Shown here piece after piece: positions 1 through 11,500 of a stretch of 64,000 nt of DNA (position 1 is the first letter of the stretch; each line of letters starts with the position of its first letter). The position numbers and the translations under genes were made by a program. The DNA comes from a virus (Duplodnaviria > Heunggongvirae > Uroviricota > Caudoviricetes). Under the pieces are notes generated by a model. It made no database searches, was not told the origin of the DNA, and was given only the letters and a program-made list of their open reading frames with translations. The stretch lies in IMG/VR virus record IMGVR_UViG_3300037042_007115. One strand, written 5' to 3'.

Positions 1-3000
1 TGCTGTGGTAATGTAATTACTCTTTGTAATTGAGTCTATTCCGAATGGTCCTGAGATAGCTAATTTCACTGAGTAAGTACCCGGACTACTGTAAGTGTAG
101 GTAGGATCCTGAGCAGTTGAATCTACAGAACCATCATTATTGAAATCCCAGGCCCATGAGGTTGCATATGATGAACCATCTGTAAAAGTTACTACGAGGG
201 GTGTTGTACCAAATACAGGTGTAGCACTAAACTGAGCGATAGGACCATTACCCGAGGTAATATATGCTACATTTGTCTTTGTATTTGTTCCATAAGCATT
301 TGTCGATTGTAATGCAACATTATAAGTACCTACAGAAGTATATGTATGTGATGGATTCTTTAAAGTAGAGGTAGTTCCATCTCCAAAAGTCCATAACCAA
401 GAAGTAGGAGTATATGTTGTAGTATCTGTGAATGATACTACTAGAGGGATAGCTCCTGAAGTCTTATCTGAGGTGAAAGAAGCAACTGGTGCATATCCAG
501 TAGTAATGTAACTGCTCTTAGTCACAGAACTTGAGTCGAAGGCATTTGTAATAGTTAATTTAACTGAGTAAGTTCCGGGAGTTGCATAGCTGTAGGTTGG
601 ACTTTGAGTTGTTGATTCATTTATACCATCGTTGTTGAAATCCCAGAACCAACTGGTTGCATTTAAAGACTCATCTGTGAAAGTTACAGAGAGGGGGGTT
701 GCTCCAAAGACGGGTGTTGCACTGAACTGGGCAGACGGCCCAAACCCAGTAGAAATATAACTAGCTTTTGTCTCAGTAGAAATACTAAATGCATTAATAG
801 CTTGTAAGACTACCGTATAGGTTCCCGGGGAATAACTATGTGTTGGACTCTGTGTTCCTGAGAAGGAACCATCGCCAAAGGACCAGTTCCAAGAAGTAGC
901 ATTTGTAGAAGTATCTGTAAATGTTACTAGGAGTGGGGAAGAACCCGAAGTCTTGTCTGAGGTGAAGGAAGCTACTGGTGCATATCCTGTAGTAATATAA
1001 CTACTCTTAGTCATAGAGTTTGAATCGAAGGCATTTGTGACCACTAACTTAACTGAATAAGTTCCTGGTGTTGCATAGTTGTATGTAGGGCTTTGGACAG
1101 TAGATTCATTTACACCGTCATTGTTAAAGTCCCAGAACCAGTTTGAAGCCCCAGTAGACTCATCCGTGAAGGTTACGGAAAGGGGTGTGGCCCCAGAAAG
1201 GGGTAAAGCACTGAATTGTGCAACTGGACTGGCCCCGGTAGAGATATAATTAGGCCTAGTCTTAGTATCTGTACCAAAGGCATTAACTACACTGAGTGCT
1301 ACTGTGAATGTACCCGATGAATAGCTATGTGACGGGCTCTGTGTCTCTGAAAATGAGCCATCTCCAAATGACCAGTTCCAAGAAGTCACATTTGCTGAAG
1401 TATCAGTAAAGGACACTAAGAGAGGTGCTGGACCAGTAACTTTATCAGAAGTAAAGTTAGCTGAAGGAGCAAAATTAGTCGAAATCAAATTAGACTTAAG
1501 TTGTGTATCTGTTCCAAAAGCATTAGTTACTACTAATTTGACAGAATATGTCCCGGGGCTATTATACGTATAGCTTGGGCTCTGAGTGGTTGACTCATTA
1601 GTTCCATCATTGTTGAAGTCCCAATACCAATTAGTTGCATTTAATGATTGATCGGTAAAGTCTATTAAGAGGGGTACTCCTCCTAATACCCGGTCTTGGG
1701 TAAACAGTGCTGTGGGTGAATAACCCGCTGTTATATATCCGAGAACAGTTTTAGTGGAATTGCCATCTCCATTAAATGCTTGTAAACTTACATCAAATAT
1801 ACCGGGAGTAGTATAAATATGTTGTGGGTTCTGCGTAGTAGAGTTATCTCCATCACCGAAAGTCCAGTTCCACGCAGTGGGCGTATCTGTAGACAAATCT
1901 GTGAAGGTAACTACCAAGGGAACTGCTCCATATATTGTATCTGAAGTAAAGTTAGCTGCTGGTGGAGTAGGAAGCTTTTCTACATGAATATAATCTGTCT
2001 TGGTACTTGTGTTAGAACCCGCGGTATTTGTGGCTATAAGGGAGACAGTATAATTCCCCGGAATATTATAAATAAACGAGGGGTTTTGTAAACTAGAACT
2101 GTTTCCATCTCCAAAACTCCAAGCCCAACTAGTAGGATACCCAGTAGTAGTATCTGAGAAACTAACTGAGTTTCCAGCTATCAGTGTCTGCGGAGTCCCA
2201 GAGAAATTAGCAGCAATAACCCAGGGATTCAAAGTATAGGTAGTGTTATAGAATTTCGCTGTATTCCAGATCTTACCTGTAGATGACTCAGTATATTCAA
2301 AGTATGTTTGGAAGAAAGTAGTGGTTGATGCTGGACTACAAGTAATGTATTTAACATCATAATCTACTAATGGTCTATGGGTATCAGATGCATCTATAAA
2401 TCCTCCGCTGGATCTATTAAGTTCAAAGTATGCATACCCGACAGTAGGATTATATGCTATCATAGACTGTACTTGTGTCCCGCTGAAATAAGTAGCATTC
2501 CCCCTAATATTAGAGATTGATATAATTGCTGGATCCCATGAAACATTTAACTCCACCATAGAAGCATTTCTTTCTAGCTTATTAAAGGTAGAAGTAAGCA
2601 AGTAGGTCGTACCATTAGAGATTGATTGTGATTCCGGGGAAGATCTAACTTCGACATTATTATCTACTCTTGGAATGCAAGATAAATAATCTATTTTTGT
2701 CGATGTATTTGAACCATATGCATTTGTAGCGGTTAATGCTACAGTATAGTTACCGGTTTCTGGGCAAGTAAATGAGGTGTTTTGTACTGTTGAAAAATAC
2801 CCCCCATTGAAACTCCAATTCCAAGATGTGGGCAAGTATAAACTAGTATCATTAAATTGAACCGCATAGCCTTCGTATTGGCTCACTCTATCTGAAGTAA
2901 AATTGGCTTCAGGTGGTGGAGTACTTGCAGTGACATTAATCCAGGTTGTCTGAATACTCATATTACTCCCCACAGAATTTGTGGCATTCAACTTAATAGT

Positions 3001-6000
3001 ATAATTACCAGTAGTAAATGAATATGAGGCATTCTGAATAGTACTAAATGTAACTGGCACACTTGAGTCTAGTGCTGTGTAGTTCCAAGCCCAACTTATT
3101 GGGTTCTCACTGCTTGTATCATTAAACTGCACTGCTAATGGACTAATACCGGAAGTATTATTAGCGGTAAAGCTAGCGACTGGAACTGGGGCTACATAGG
3201 ACCCATTTAGATAACTAATAATAACTATCCCAGAACCCCCAGCAGCACCTTGATATGCGGCATATGCTCCAGTTCCCCCATTTCCAGTATTATTTGCTTG
3301 AGCAGTTTGGGCAGCTGATTGAGCATATCCACCCCCCTGACCCCCGGTAGAATAAGTAATAGATGTTCCAGAGATTGATAAAGCGTAACCAACCCCGGGA
3401 ATACCCCCAACACCTGCGGTTGGAGTACCGCCATTTCCTCCAATACCTCCCTTTCCTCCGCCACCGCCGCCCGAATCTCCTCCGGCATTACCCCCAGAAC
3501 TGCCTTGACCGGAAACTCCTGATTTGCCTGCATATCCATTAAATCCCCCACCCCCGCCCGAACCGCCTGCGAGAGCATTGTTTGCATTATTGCCTGCACC
3601 ACCCCGACCACCACCCATAGCATTGAATCCATTTCCAGGTGTAGTATTAGCGAATGACGAATTCATCCCATTCGTTCCTGTAACCCCACCAGAACCCCCC
3701 GTTCCTATAACTACAACAACATTATTGGATACCAATGTCGTTCCGGTTAATAAACCCCCAGCACCCCCACCAGCACCACCACCATTACCATTTCCGCCGC
3801 TACCCCCGCCCCCACCAGCAACTACTAAATAATCTACACTTGAAGCATTATCAGTAGCCAACCAAGAATGAGAGCCAGTTGAGTTCCACATAACCACCGC
3901 CCTTGATGCATTAATTCTCTTCCATGCATCACCATAGGCTGCCCAATCAGTAAACTCCAAGCCCAATGGACTCACATTCACCCAACTATTCTGTGCTGAT
4001 ACGTTGTAACCATATGCATTCCCTGCGCCTAATGAAATTAAAAAGTTCCCAGGTGTGAAAGATAATGTTGGGTTAGGTACCGTGCTTATATTCAAATACT
4101 TCGAACTATTAGTACCGTAACCCTGTATAGTCCAGTTCCACATCGTTGGGGCATTCGTGCTTGTGTCTGTGAATGCGACACTTAAGGAGTTTATTCCAGT
4201 TGCAGTAACTGGTGTAAATGAAGCTACCGGGGCTGATGCTTCTGCAGTTGCATATTTTATAATAACTATCCCGGAACCCCCGACATTAGGGAGAGCAGTA
4301 TACCCATCACCGTAAGCTCCACCGCCGCCGCCTCCAAGACCATTAGTACCAGCTCCAGCTTTATACTGTCCAGCCCCGCCCCAAGCACCGTAACCCCCGC
4401 CCCCAGAGCCCCCGGATGATCCACCCACACTATTTGTTCCTGAGCCCCCTCCCCCAGCATATGTTACTGCAATTCCAGTTATAGATGAAGATATGCCATC
4501 TGCACCATTATAGGTAGTGGCAGCGGCACTCTTACCCCCACCGCCCCCTCCCCCATTCCGACCAGTATTAGCTGGGCCTCCAGCATATCCCTCCCCAGTA
4601 ATACCCGAGCCCCCTGAGCCAACAGCGTATCCCCCGCCGCCGCCAGAGCCACCCCCAAGACCCGAAGCTGCCAAACCAGAAGTCCTCCCATATCCCCCCC
4701 CGCCCCCACCTGTAGTAGTTATAGAACCAAAACCTGAAGCTCCCCCATTACCCCCATAAACATTATCATAGCCATTACTGGTAGCCCATCCACCAATACC
4801 CACGGAGACAGATTGTAACCCAAATACCCCTGAGGTAGTACCAGTTTTCATTCCACCAGCACCACCCCCGCCTCCTCCGCCGAAAGAACTGCCTGCACCG
4901 CCCCCTCCCCCAGCAACAACCAAATATTCAACAGATGATGCATTCCCTGTTGCTACCCAATTATAATTACCAGTAGCATTCCACATTATTAAAGTATGTG
5001 TATTATTCGTTGCTTTCCATGCATTGCCAAATGCTACCCAACTACTAAAACTACTACCAGGACTAACATTTACCCAAGTTGTCTGAGTACTTATATTACT
5101 TCCTACAGAGTTTGTAGCATTCAACTTAACAGTGTAATTACCAGTAGTAAATGAATATGAAGCATTCTGGGCAGTACTAAAGGTTACTGGCACACTTGAG
5201 CCCAGTGCTGTGTAATTCCATGACCATGTCGTTGGTGTATTACTACTTGTGTCATTGAACTGCACCGCTAATGGACTTGTGCCTGCTGTAGTATTAGTTG
5301 TAAATGAAGCACTGGGAATAACTGGGGCTGCTCCTCCGGTTAAGTATTTGATGATTACGACACCGGAACCACCAACATTCGTAGAGCTTACTGCGCTACC
5401 TCCCCCACCTCCGCCGCCGAGACCGTTTGTACCGGGATTACCGTTACCCCCAGATACTGTTGCTGCTCCCCCACCACCATTACCACCAACTCCGTAAAAT
5501 CCTGCATCCGCCGTTCCTCCCCCACCACCAGCATAATAAACAGATATCCCCGTTATAGCAATTTGTGTTCCATTACCACCCTTGCCACCTCCACCAGATG
5601 TTCCAGCCTGACCAACCTCTCCAGACCCCCCGCCCCCACCGAACCCATAGTTAACTGCCGAATTTGACTGACCATTACCTCCAGCAAAACCATAACCATA
5701 TAATGATGGTTGTAATGTTGCTCCCCCAGTTCCACCATTATATCCCCCACCAGAACCGGAACCCCCAGCGATACCATTTGCACCACTTCCAGACACACCA
5801 GCCCCACCCCCTATAGATATAAGAGAGGAAAATGTTGAGTTAACTCCATTTGATGCAGATGCGCCAGATGCACCCCCAGTTCCTACAACCACCGATGTCG
5901 ATCCTGATACTGGGAATGATAGGTTATAAAAAACACCTCCACCACCTCCACCAGATGCTTTCCCTCCGCCACCACCAGCAACTCCGAGCACATCAACACT

Positions 6001-8019
6001 ACTAGCATTCCCAGTAGCCAACCAAGTGTGGCTTCCGGTCTGATTCCACATTCTTAAGGTGTGAGTTGCATTCGTAGCTACCCAAGAGTCTCCGGATGCA
6101 GACCATGGAGAAAATGCATTGGCATCTGCAACCGCCAATGAGGGTTCTGGATAGACATAAGGTCGTACCAATGCCCAATCGGACATCATTTTTCTACCAG
6201 CAGTCATTGTGGTTAATTCAAATGTAACAGGTAGATTTCCAGTGGGAACATAGGTCTTTTCAGAAATTGCTACTCCGTTATTCCACGCACCCGTTGCAGA
6301 AGTGGTTCCATTTCTATGAACATCTGCTACCCCCATGGTTAATGGATTCATTGTGATATCCGACATTGCATACTGGGGATTCCCTGTCCCGGCGAATACC
6401 ACGTATTTAGATTGGTATGAAATTACGGACCTTACAAACGTGTTCGAATTATTGTAAAATCCAACATCCATATAATTTTCACTATTTGTTTGGTTAAATC
6501 GGGTACGGAATGAGTAATTTACCCCGAATGTTTGTAAACTCTCCATTCCAGACATCTGGTTACTGGCAGCACTTGTTATCGTGTAATAACCCCCCGATTG
6601 TGAGGAGGTTCCGAAAGTACTGGGTCTCCATTTTGTTGCGTTTAATGATACACCATCAAACTCGTCGAATAAAGTAAATACTAAACTCCCATTGCTTGCA
6701 GAATTTGCGCTCGAATTTCCATACCATACTTTAATGCTTGTTCCTGAAGCGGGAATACTTGGGATATTAATCCAAATCGTCTGTGAAGTAACATTTCCCG
6801 TATTGGTTTCAATCCAATAGGGGAATGAAGCAGCCGTTGTTGTATCGCCCGAATTCGTAAATCTGATATCAGACCACGAAGGCTGTACATTATTTCCAAG
6901 GAATACCCCGTTGTTTGAATCTGTGCCAGTCACGTTCGAAAACAAAATTTTAACTGGATAATTTACTTGATTTCCACTCGATGAACCAGAAATGCTCAAA
7001 GTTTTGTTATTTGACATTATTACTGGGATTGGCTCTGAATATGACGAGACGTACTTGATTATAACGACACCGGAACCTCCGGAGCCACCAGCATGTATAC
7101 CCGCAGCACCACCGCCTCCACCTCCACCGCCGCCAGTATTTGCAGTAGCAGATACCCCGTTGCTTCCGGGTGCTCCGCCACTACCCCCTCCCTGTGTTGC
7201 AGTGCCGGCAGTAGAACCAGTAAACGCACCACCGCCTCCTCCACCAGCGTACCCGATAGCAGATCCGTTAATGGTAGATATTACTCCAGATCCCCCTCTG
7301 CCAGCAACAGTAATTGTTGCAGATATACCACTATCGGTTTCATTCGCCCCGCCGCCGCCACCACCGTTATATCCGGTTGCTGCAAATCCGTTGCCGCCAT
7401 TTGTACCAAAATAACTGCCAATTGCGATCCCACCACTCAACCCCCCGGTTGGGTGTGCGCCACCCCCGCCTCCAGAACCCCCATTTCTACCACTCCCCGT
7501 TGGAGATGTTGAACCCCCACCTCCCCCGCCACCCCCACCAAGAGCATTTATTCCGTTTCCAACAGTTGTATTTGCAAACGACGAATTTCCACCACTTGCT
7601 CCTTGGACTTCATTAGATGCGCTACCTACGCCACCAGCACCAACCGATATATTTACAGCCCCAGAAATTGAAAATCCTGTAGATGTCGTATATTCTCCTG
7701 CTCCACCACCCCCTCCCCCTATTGTAGAAGCAGATGATGATGTGCCTCCTGCCCCACCACCAGCAACAACTAAGTATTCAACACTTGATGCATTTCCTGT
7801 AGATAACCAATTATGTGAACCTGTACTATTCCACATAACCAGCGTATAAGTATCGTTGGTTGCTTTCCATGCATCTCCATATGCTGCCCAATTACTAAAT
7901 GCATCAGCAGCTACTGGACTAGCTAAAAGCAACACACATATAAGTAGAAAAATTAAAGATATTTTCTTAAAGTAACTAGTCAAAATTATTGAAGTCCTAG
8001 AACTATTTTCTTTAACCAT
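1..8019 (-). CDS. Giant secreted adhesin/spike-like glycoprotein (>2673 aa, 3' end runs off the window): signal peptide, four Gly-rich modules, DUF2341-like domain, many PKD domains
   Basis: Not in the ORF track because it has no stop inside the window. ATG at 8019 follows GGGGTG. Translation begins MVKENSSRTSIILTSYFKKISLIFLLICVLLLASPVAADAF..VEYLVVAGGGAGG. The same frame was open at every spot checked down to base 1 (..GPFGIDSITKSNYITTA). PKD motifs WxWxFGDG and WDFNNDG; many N-x-S/T sequons. Confidence 0.9.
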   Translation of the reverse strand, partial: MVKENSSRTSIILTSYFKKISLIFLLICVLLLASPVAADAFSNWAAYGDAWKATNDTYTLVMWNSTGSHNWLSTGNASSVEYLVVAGGGAGGTSSSASTIGGGGGGAGEYTTSTGFSISGAVNISVGAGGVGSASNEVQGASGGNSSFANTTVGNGINALGGGGGGGGGSTSPTGSGRNGGSGGGGGAHPTGGLSGGIAIGSYFGTNGGNGFAATGYNGGGGGGANETDSGISATITVAGRGGSGVISTINGSAIGYAGGGGGGAFTGSTAGTATQGGGSGGAPGSNGVSATANTGGGGGGGGGAAGIHAGGSGGSGVVIIKYVSSYSEPIPVIMSNNKTLSISGSSSGNQVNYPVKILFSNVTGTDSNNGVFLGNNVQPSWSDIRFTNSGDTTTAASFPYWIETNTGNVTSQTIWINIPSIPASGTSIKVWYGNSSANSASNGSLVFTLFDEFDGVSLNATKWRPSTFGTSSQSGGYYTITSAASNQMSGMESLQTFGVNYSFRTRFNQTNSENYMDVGFYNNSNTFVRSVISYQSKYVVFAGTGNPQYAMSDITMNPLTMGVADVHRNGTTSATGAWNNGVAISEKTYVPTGNLPVTFELTTMTAGRKMMSDWALVRPYVYPEPSLAVADANAFSPWSASGDSWVATNATHTLRMWNQTGSHTWLATGNASSVDVLGVAGGGGGKASGGGGGGVFYNLSFPVSGSTSVVVGTGGASGASASNGVNSTFSSLISIGGGAGVSGSGANGIAGGSGSGGGYNGGTGGATLQPSLYGYGFAGGNGQSNSAVNYGFGGGGGSGEVGQAGTSGGGGKGGNGTQIAITGISVYYAGGGGGTADAGFYGVGGNGGGGAATVSGGNGNPGTNGLGGGGGGGSAVSSTNVGGSGVVIIKYLTGGAAPVIPSASFTTNTTAGTSPLAVQFNDTSSNTPTTWSWNYTALGSSVPVTFSTAQNASYSFTTGNYTVKLNATNSVGSNISTQTTWVNVSPGSSFSSWVAFGNAWKATNNTHTLIMWNATGNYNWVATGNASSVEYLVVAGGGGGAGSSFGGGGGGGAGGMKTGTTSGVFGLQSVSVGIGGWATSNGYDNVYGGNGGASGFGSITTTGGGGGGYGRTSGLAASGLGGGSGGGGGYAVGSGGSGITGEGYAGGPANTGRNGGGGGGGKSAAATTYNGADGISSSITGIAVTYAGGGGSGTNSVGGSSGGSGGGGYGAWGGAGQYKAGAGTNGLGGGGGGAYGDGYTALPNVGGSGIVIIKYATAEASAPVASFTPVTATGINSLSVAFTDTSTNAPTMWNWTIQGYGTNSSKYLNISTVPNPTLSFTPGNFLISLGAGNAYGYNVSAQNSWVNVSPLGLEFTDWAAYGDAWKRINASRAVVMWNSTGSHSWLATDNASSVDYLVVAGGGGGSGGNGNGGGAGGGAGGLLTGTTLVSNNVVVVIGTGGSGGVTGTNGMNSSFANTTPGNGFNAMGGGRGGAGNNANNALAGGSGGGGGFNGYAGKSGVSGQGSSGGNAGGDSGGGGGGKGGIGGNGGTPTAGVGGIPGVGYALSISGTSITYSTGGQGGGYAQSAAQTAQANNTGNGGTGAYAAYQGAAGGSGIVIISYLNGSYVAPVPVASFTANNTSGISPLAVQFNDTSSENPISWAWNYTALDSSVPVTFSTIQNASYSFTTGNYTIKLNATNSVGSNMSIQTTWINVTASTPPPEANFTSDRVSQYEGYAVQFNDTSLYLPTSWNWSFNGGYFSTVQNTSFTCPETGNYTVALTATNAYGSNTSTKIDYLSCIPRVDNNVEVRSSPESQSISNGTTYLLTSTFNKLERNASMVELNVSWDPAIISISNIRGNATYFSGTQVQSMIAYNPTVGYAYFELNRSSGGFIDASDTHRPLVDYDVKYITCSPASTTTFFQTYFEYTESSTGKIWNTAKFYNTTYTLNPWVIAANFSGTPQTLIAGNSVSFSDTTTGYPTSWAWSFGDGNSSSLQNPSFIYNIPGNYTVSLIATNTAGSNTSTKTDYIHVEKLPTPPAANFTSDTIYGAVPLVVTFTDLSTDTPTAWNWTFGDGDNSTTQNPQHIYTTPGIFDVSLQAFNGDGNSTKTVLGYITAGYSPTALFTQDRVLGGVPLLIDFTDQSLNATNWYWDFNNDGTNESTTQSPSYTYNSPGTYSVKLVVTNAFGTDTQLKSNLISTNFAPSANFTSDKVTGPAPLLVSFTDTSANVTSWNWSFGDGSFSETQSPSHSYSSGTFTVALSVVNAFGTDTKTRPNYISTGASPVAQFSALPLSGATPLSVTFTDESTGASNWFWDFNNDGVNESTVQSPTYNYATPGTYSVKLVVTNAFDSNSMTKSSYITTGYAPVASFTSDKTSGSSPLLVTFTDTSTNATSWNWSFGDGSFSGTQSPTHSYSPGTYTVVLQAINAFSISTETKASYISTGFGPSAQFSATPVFGATPLSVTFTDESLNATSWFWDFNNDGINESTTQSPTYSYATPGTYSVKLTITNAFDSSSVTKSSYITTGYAPVASFTSDKTSGAIPLVVSFTDTTTYTPTSWLWTFGDGTTSTLKNPSHTYTSVGTYNVALQSTNAYGTNTKTNVAYITSGNGPIAQFSATPVFGTTPLVVTFTDGSSYATSWAWDFNNDGSVDSTAQDPTYTYSSPGTYSVKLAISGPFGIDSITKSNYITTA

Positions 8020-8020
8020 T

Positions 8021-8164
8021 TTACACCCCCAATGGATTTATGCTCATCGGCGTTGAAGATAAAACACAAGCAACCCCGGCATTCCCGGAACGGACAGAAT
8101 TCTCTAGGTACCAGCGAGCTATTTTTTCTAAATTTATTCTTGGGGGTAAAACAAAAAACTTCAA
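8021..8164 (-). CDS. Small hypothetical protein (47 aa, TTG start)
   Basis: GGTGAT SD 4 nt before TTG; fills the gap between 8170 and 8019. Confidence 0.4.
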   Translation of the reverse strand: MKFFVLPPRINLEKIARWYLENSVRSGNAGVACVLSSTPMSINPLGV

Positions 8165-8169
8165 GAAGA

Positions 8170-8574
8170 TCACCAATAACTGTATAAGCTCTTTCCACTC
8201 TTCCACTGGACATATGCCCAGAAATACACCATGTATAGTAGACCCTGGAGCATAACTGCAACGTATACTGGGAAATAAAACACATCCATCAATGCAGGAA
8301 TAATCAAAATTGCAGAGAGTATAAACCCAATAGCAACAAAGGTGGTTTCTATCACCCAAGAAGCTGCAACCATGAACATATCTCCCCCTGTGGCTGTTGC
8401 TGGGTTAGAGAAAGCATTCATTCCAGTTAAATTCTGGGAAAATAACTCACCCTTAGCCGCCATCATAAAACCAGTTGGATGTCCTGATAATACTGTTCCA
8501 AATCCCGATACATCTATGAATGTAATTGCTGCATTCAAGCATAGGCAAAATAATAAAATATCTACAGCTCGCAT
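8170..8574 (-). CDS. Membrane protein (134 aa), probable virion component
   Basis: ATG at 8574 directly after the upstream stop; several hydrophobic helices. Confidence 0.75.
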   Translation of the reverse strand: MRAVDILLFCLCLNAAITFIDVSGFGTVLSGHPTGFMMAAKGELFSQNLTGMNAFSNPATATGGDMFMVAASWVIETTFVAIGFILSAILIIPALMDVFYFPVYVAVMLQGLLYMVYFWAYVQWKSGKSLYSYW

Positions 8575-8575
8575 A

Positions 8576-11500
8576 TCATCCCTCCCCAACTCTGGCATTC
8601 ATCTTTGAGACAAATGCGAGTGTTCCTAATACTGCTACCGCTACTAAGAACTCCCATGGACACCAATCTAACCAGCCAATGTAGCCGAAAAATAATGCCC
8701 AGAAGGGGAACAACAAGGTCCCATAAACATTTGTAGTCCCTGAGAACATAGCTACAAAGCAAATTAAACAAATTATTGTAATCCAAGTATACCAAGAAGT
8801 ATCCCAACCAAGATATTCTAGTGGAGCTAAAAGTCGACTATGAGTAGTAACAAGGCTATTACCAGAAATAGGGCCATATACAGAATTCTGAGCAGTAAAA
8901 CCGTAGTAATACGTAGCTCCATGAGTAAATGGATCTACAACATAACTAAAGTCATGAGAAGCCCCAATATATGTTGTATTATATAATGGCGTCTTATTAG
9001 CATCCTCTGTATAGAAGTAAATAGAAGTTGTATACCCCTCTGCATCTAAGTAGCTTAAATTCATAAATAATTTAGTACCCGTCTGATTAGAAACTAAAGA
9101 TCTAACAATCTTACCAGTACCGGCACCAAACATCTTATCAGAACTCCCAGTTGCAGTAGTTCCTACCATAACAAGGTAAGAATCTTCCTTAGGGAATAAG
9201 TCTACTGATTCAGACACACCTAGTGTACTACTGGTGAAATTGACATGATACTGAATACTCTCAAGCATCAAGAAAACTACTGCCCCATCTGACCCAGTCG
9301 TCCCAGTCATAACCTCGGAATCCATAGCAGTAGTAGCAAGATCTATGCCGAGGATTGCAGTTATCCAACTGGCATTAGCCGTAGACTCAAATCCTTGTGC
9401 ATATACCCTAACATTCTTAACAGGCTGTCCAGCATAATCCTTTGCAATAAATCTTACCTGGTGGGGGTTATACCTCATTACTGGGTTGGGAGTTGGAGGT
9501 ATTGGTGCAGGTACTAAGTAAATAGTATCAGACAAATCCTGATCCATTAAATAAACTTGTACTTGTCCTATATAATTTTCTGCACTAATGTAGAGAGTAA
9601 GAATACCATATGAAGAAGTAATAGGAATAATCCCGACACCCTCACTATCTATAGTATCCGCTCGAGTACCTACACACTCCACAGAGATATTATCCTTAAT
9701 TAAGGTATTATGTACCGAATCCCTAAAGGTTAATGTAAGAAGATATTCTTGAGATTCAAGTACCATCTGGGGAATAACCGTATAGGTGGGGGGCTTGGCC
9801 CAAATATAATTAGTCTTGGTAGTTAAGTTTCCCCCATTAGCATTAGAAGCACGTAACTTAACGGTATAGTTCCCAGCTGCACTATAGAAGTGGGTGGGAT
9901 TCTGGGTGGAGCCATTAGTCCAAGCAGTACTGTCCCCAAAAGACCAGTTCCATTCTGTGGGGCTATTTGAAGACGTATCAGTAAACTGCACGGTCATGGG
10001 AGAAATAAAAGTCACCATGTCTGCGGTAAAATTAGCCACTGGAGCCGGGGGTACTGGCCCGACATTTATCACTACTGGAATACTAGAAGATGCCTCTCCA
10101 GCCCCATTGCTGGCATTTAGAGTAATTGAATAATTACCAATGCCAAAGCTTTTTACTGGATTTTGTAATTGAGACCACCAAACTTGCGTATTATTACCGG
10201 TAATATTTCTAAATGACCAGTTCCAGCCCGTTGGAGTATTACTGCTTGTATCTGTAAACTGAACGACTAGGGGAGCAGTACCTACAGAAACGTTGTTCAT
10301 AAAACTAACTACCGGTATAACTGGGGGAGCAACATATGGACTAACATTTATAAAAGTCTGCTGAGCAGAAATATTAGACCCCCCACCATTTGAAGAAGTT
10401 AGAATGATGGAGAAATTACCAATACCAAATACCCCTGTAGGATTCTGCAATGCACTCCATACAGTAGGTGTATTATTTCCAGTTACATTTAAGAAGGTCC
10501 AACTCCAGCTGGAGGGAGTATTTGTACTGGTATCAGTAAAATGGGCAGTGATCGGGTTTATACCCCCAGGAGTATCAACTGTAAAAGAAGCTACTGGTGG
10601 AATAGGTGGACCTGCCGTTACATTGACCCAAGCTAGTTGAGTTGAAATGTTAGACCCCCAAGCATTAGTAGCTGTAAGAATAATAGAGAAATTACCTACT
10701 TCGAAAGTAGTCGTGGGGCTTCGGGCTGTGCTCCAAACTACTGGGGTATTATTCCCAGTTACATTGTTGAATGACCAGCTCCAGCTAGTAGGAGTATTTA
10801 TACTAGTATCTGTAAAATTAACTACTAGTGACTGAGTACCAGAAGTATTACTTATAGTAAAACTAGCTACTGGAGCCGGTGGAAGGTCCACAACATTAAT
10901 ATAATTAGTTCTAACTTTTGTACTATTTATAAGGAAGTTTTCTCCAAGATATGCCATCAAGGTAACAGTTTTAAATCCTGAAGTTGCATATGAATGGAAG
11001 GTTGAGGCATTGTTACCATTATCAAAAGTACCATCACCAAAGTCCCAATACCACATATTTGGATAATCCCCAGTAAAGGAACTGGTAAATAATACCGGAC
11101 TATTTACAGATGGAGCTAAGCTATTGGCGGTAAAATTAGTAGTAAAATTCCATACCCCAAAATACACAGGAGTACTTATGAAGTTTATTATAGGATAAGT
11201 TACAGCATGTTGACCATCGGTAATACTTCCTGAAGTGAAATATGTATCATAGTAATCAATGGGGGTATAGCGAGAATACAACATTGAAATATCGACCAAA
11301 TCTGTGCGATTATTATTTACTAAGGTCTTAATACCAGCTGCCCTAGACACAGTGAAGGAGACTATCCCGTTTGTGGAGTCAATATTCCAGGAGTTTAAGG
11401 TCATATCATTATAGACAGTATTATTTAACCTCACGATAACTGGAGTAACTATGCTTGGTGCGTAATTTACTTCCCCATGTATAGATGTAGCATTAGTAGA

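Noticed and set aside
3225-7616. Pro-rich plus-strand and off-frame minus-strand ORFs in the track
   Set aside because: They are shadows of the Gly-rich modules of the giant minus-strand gene.
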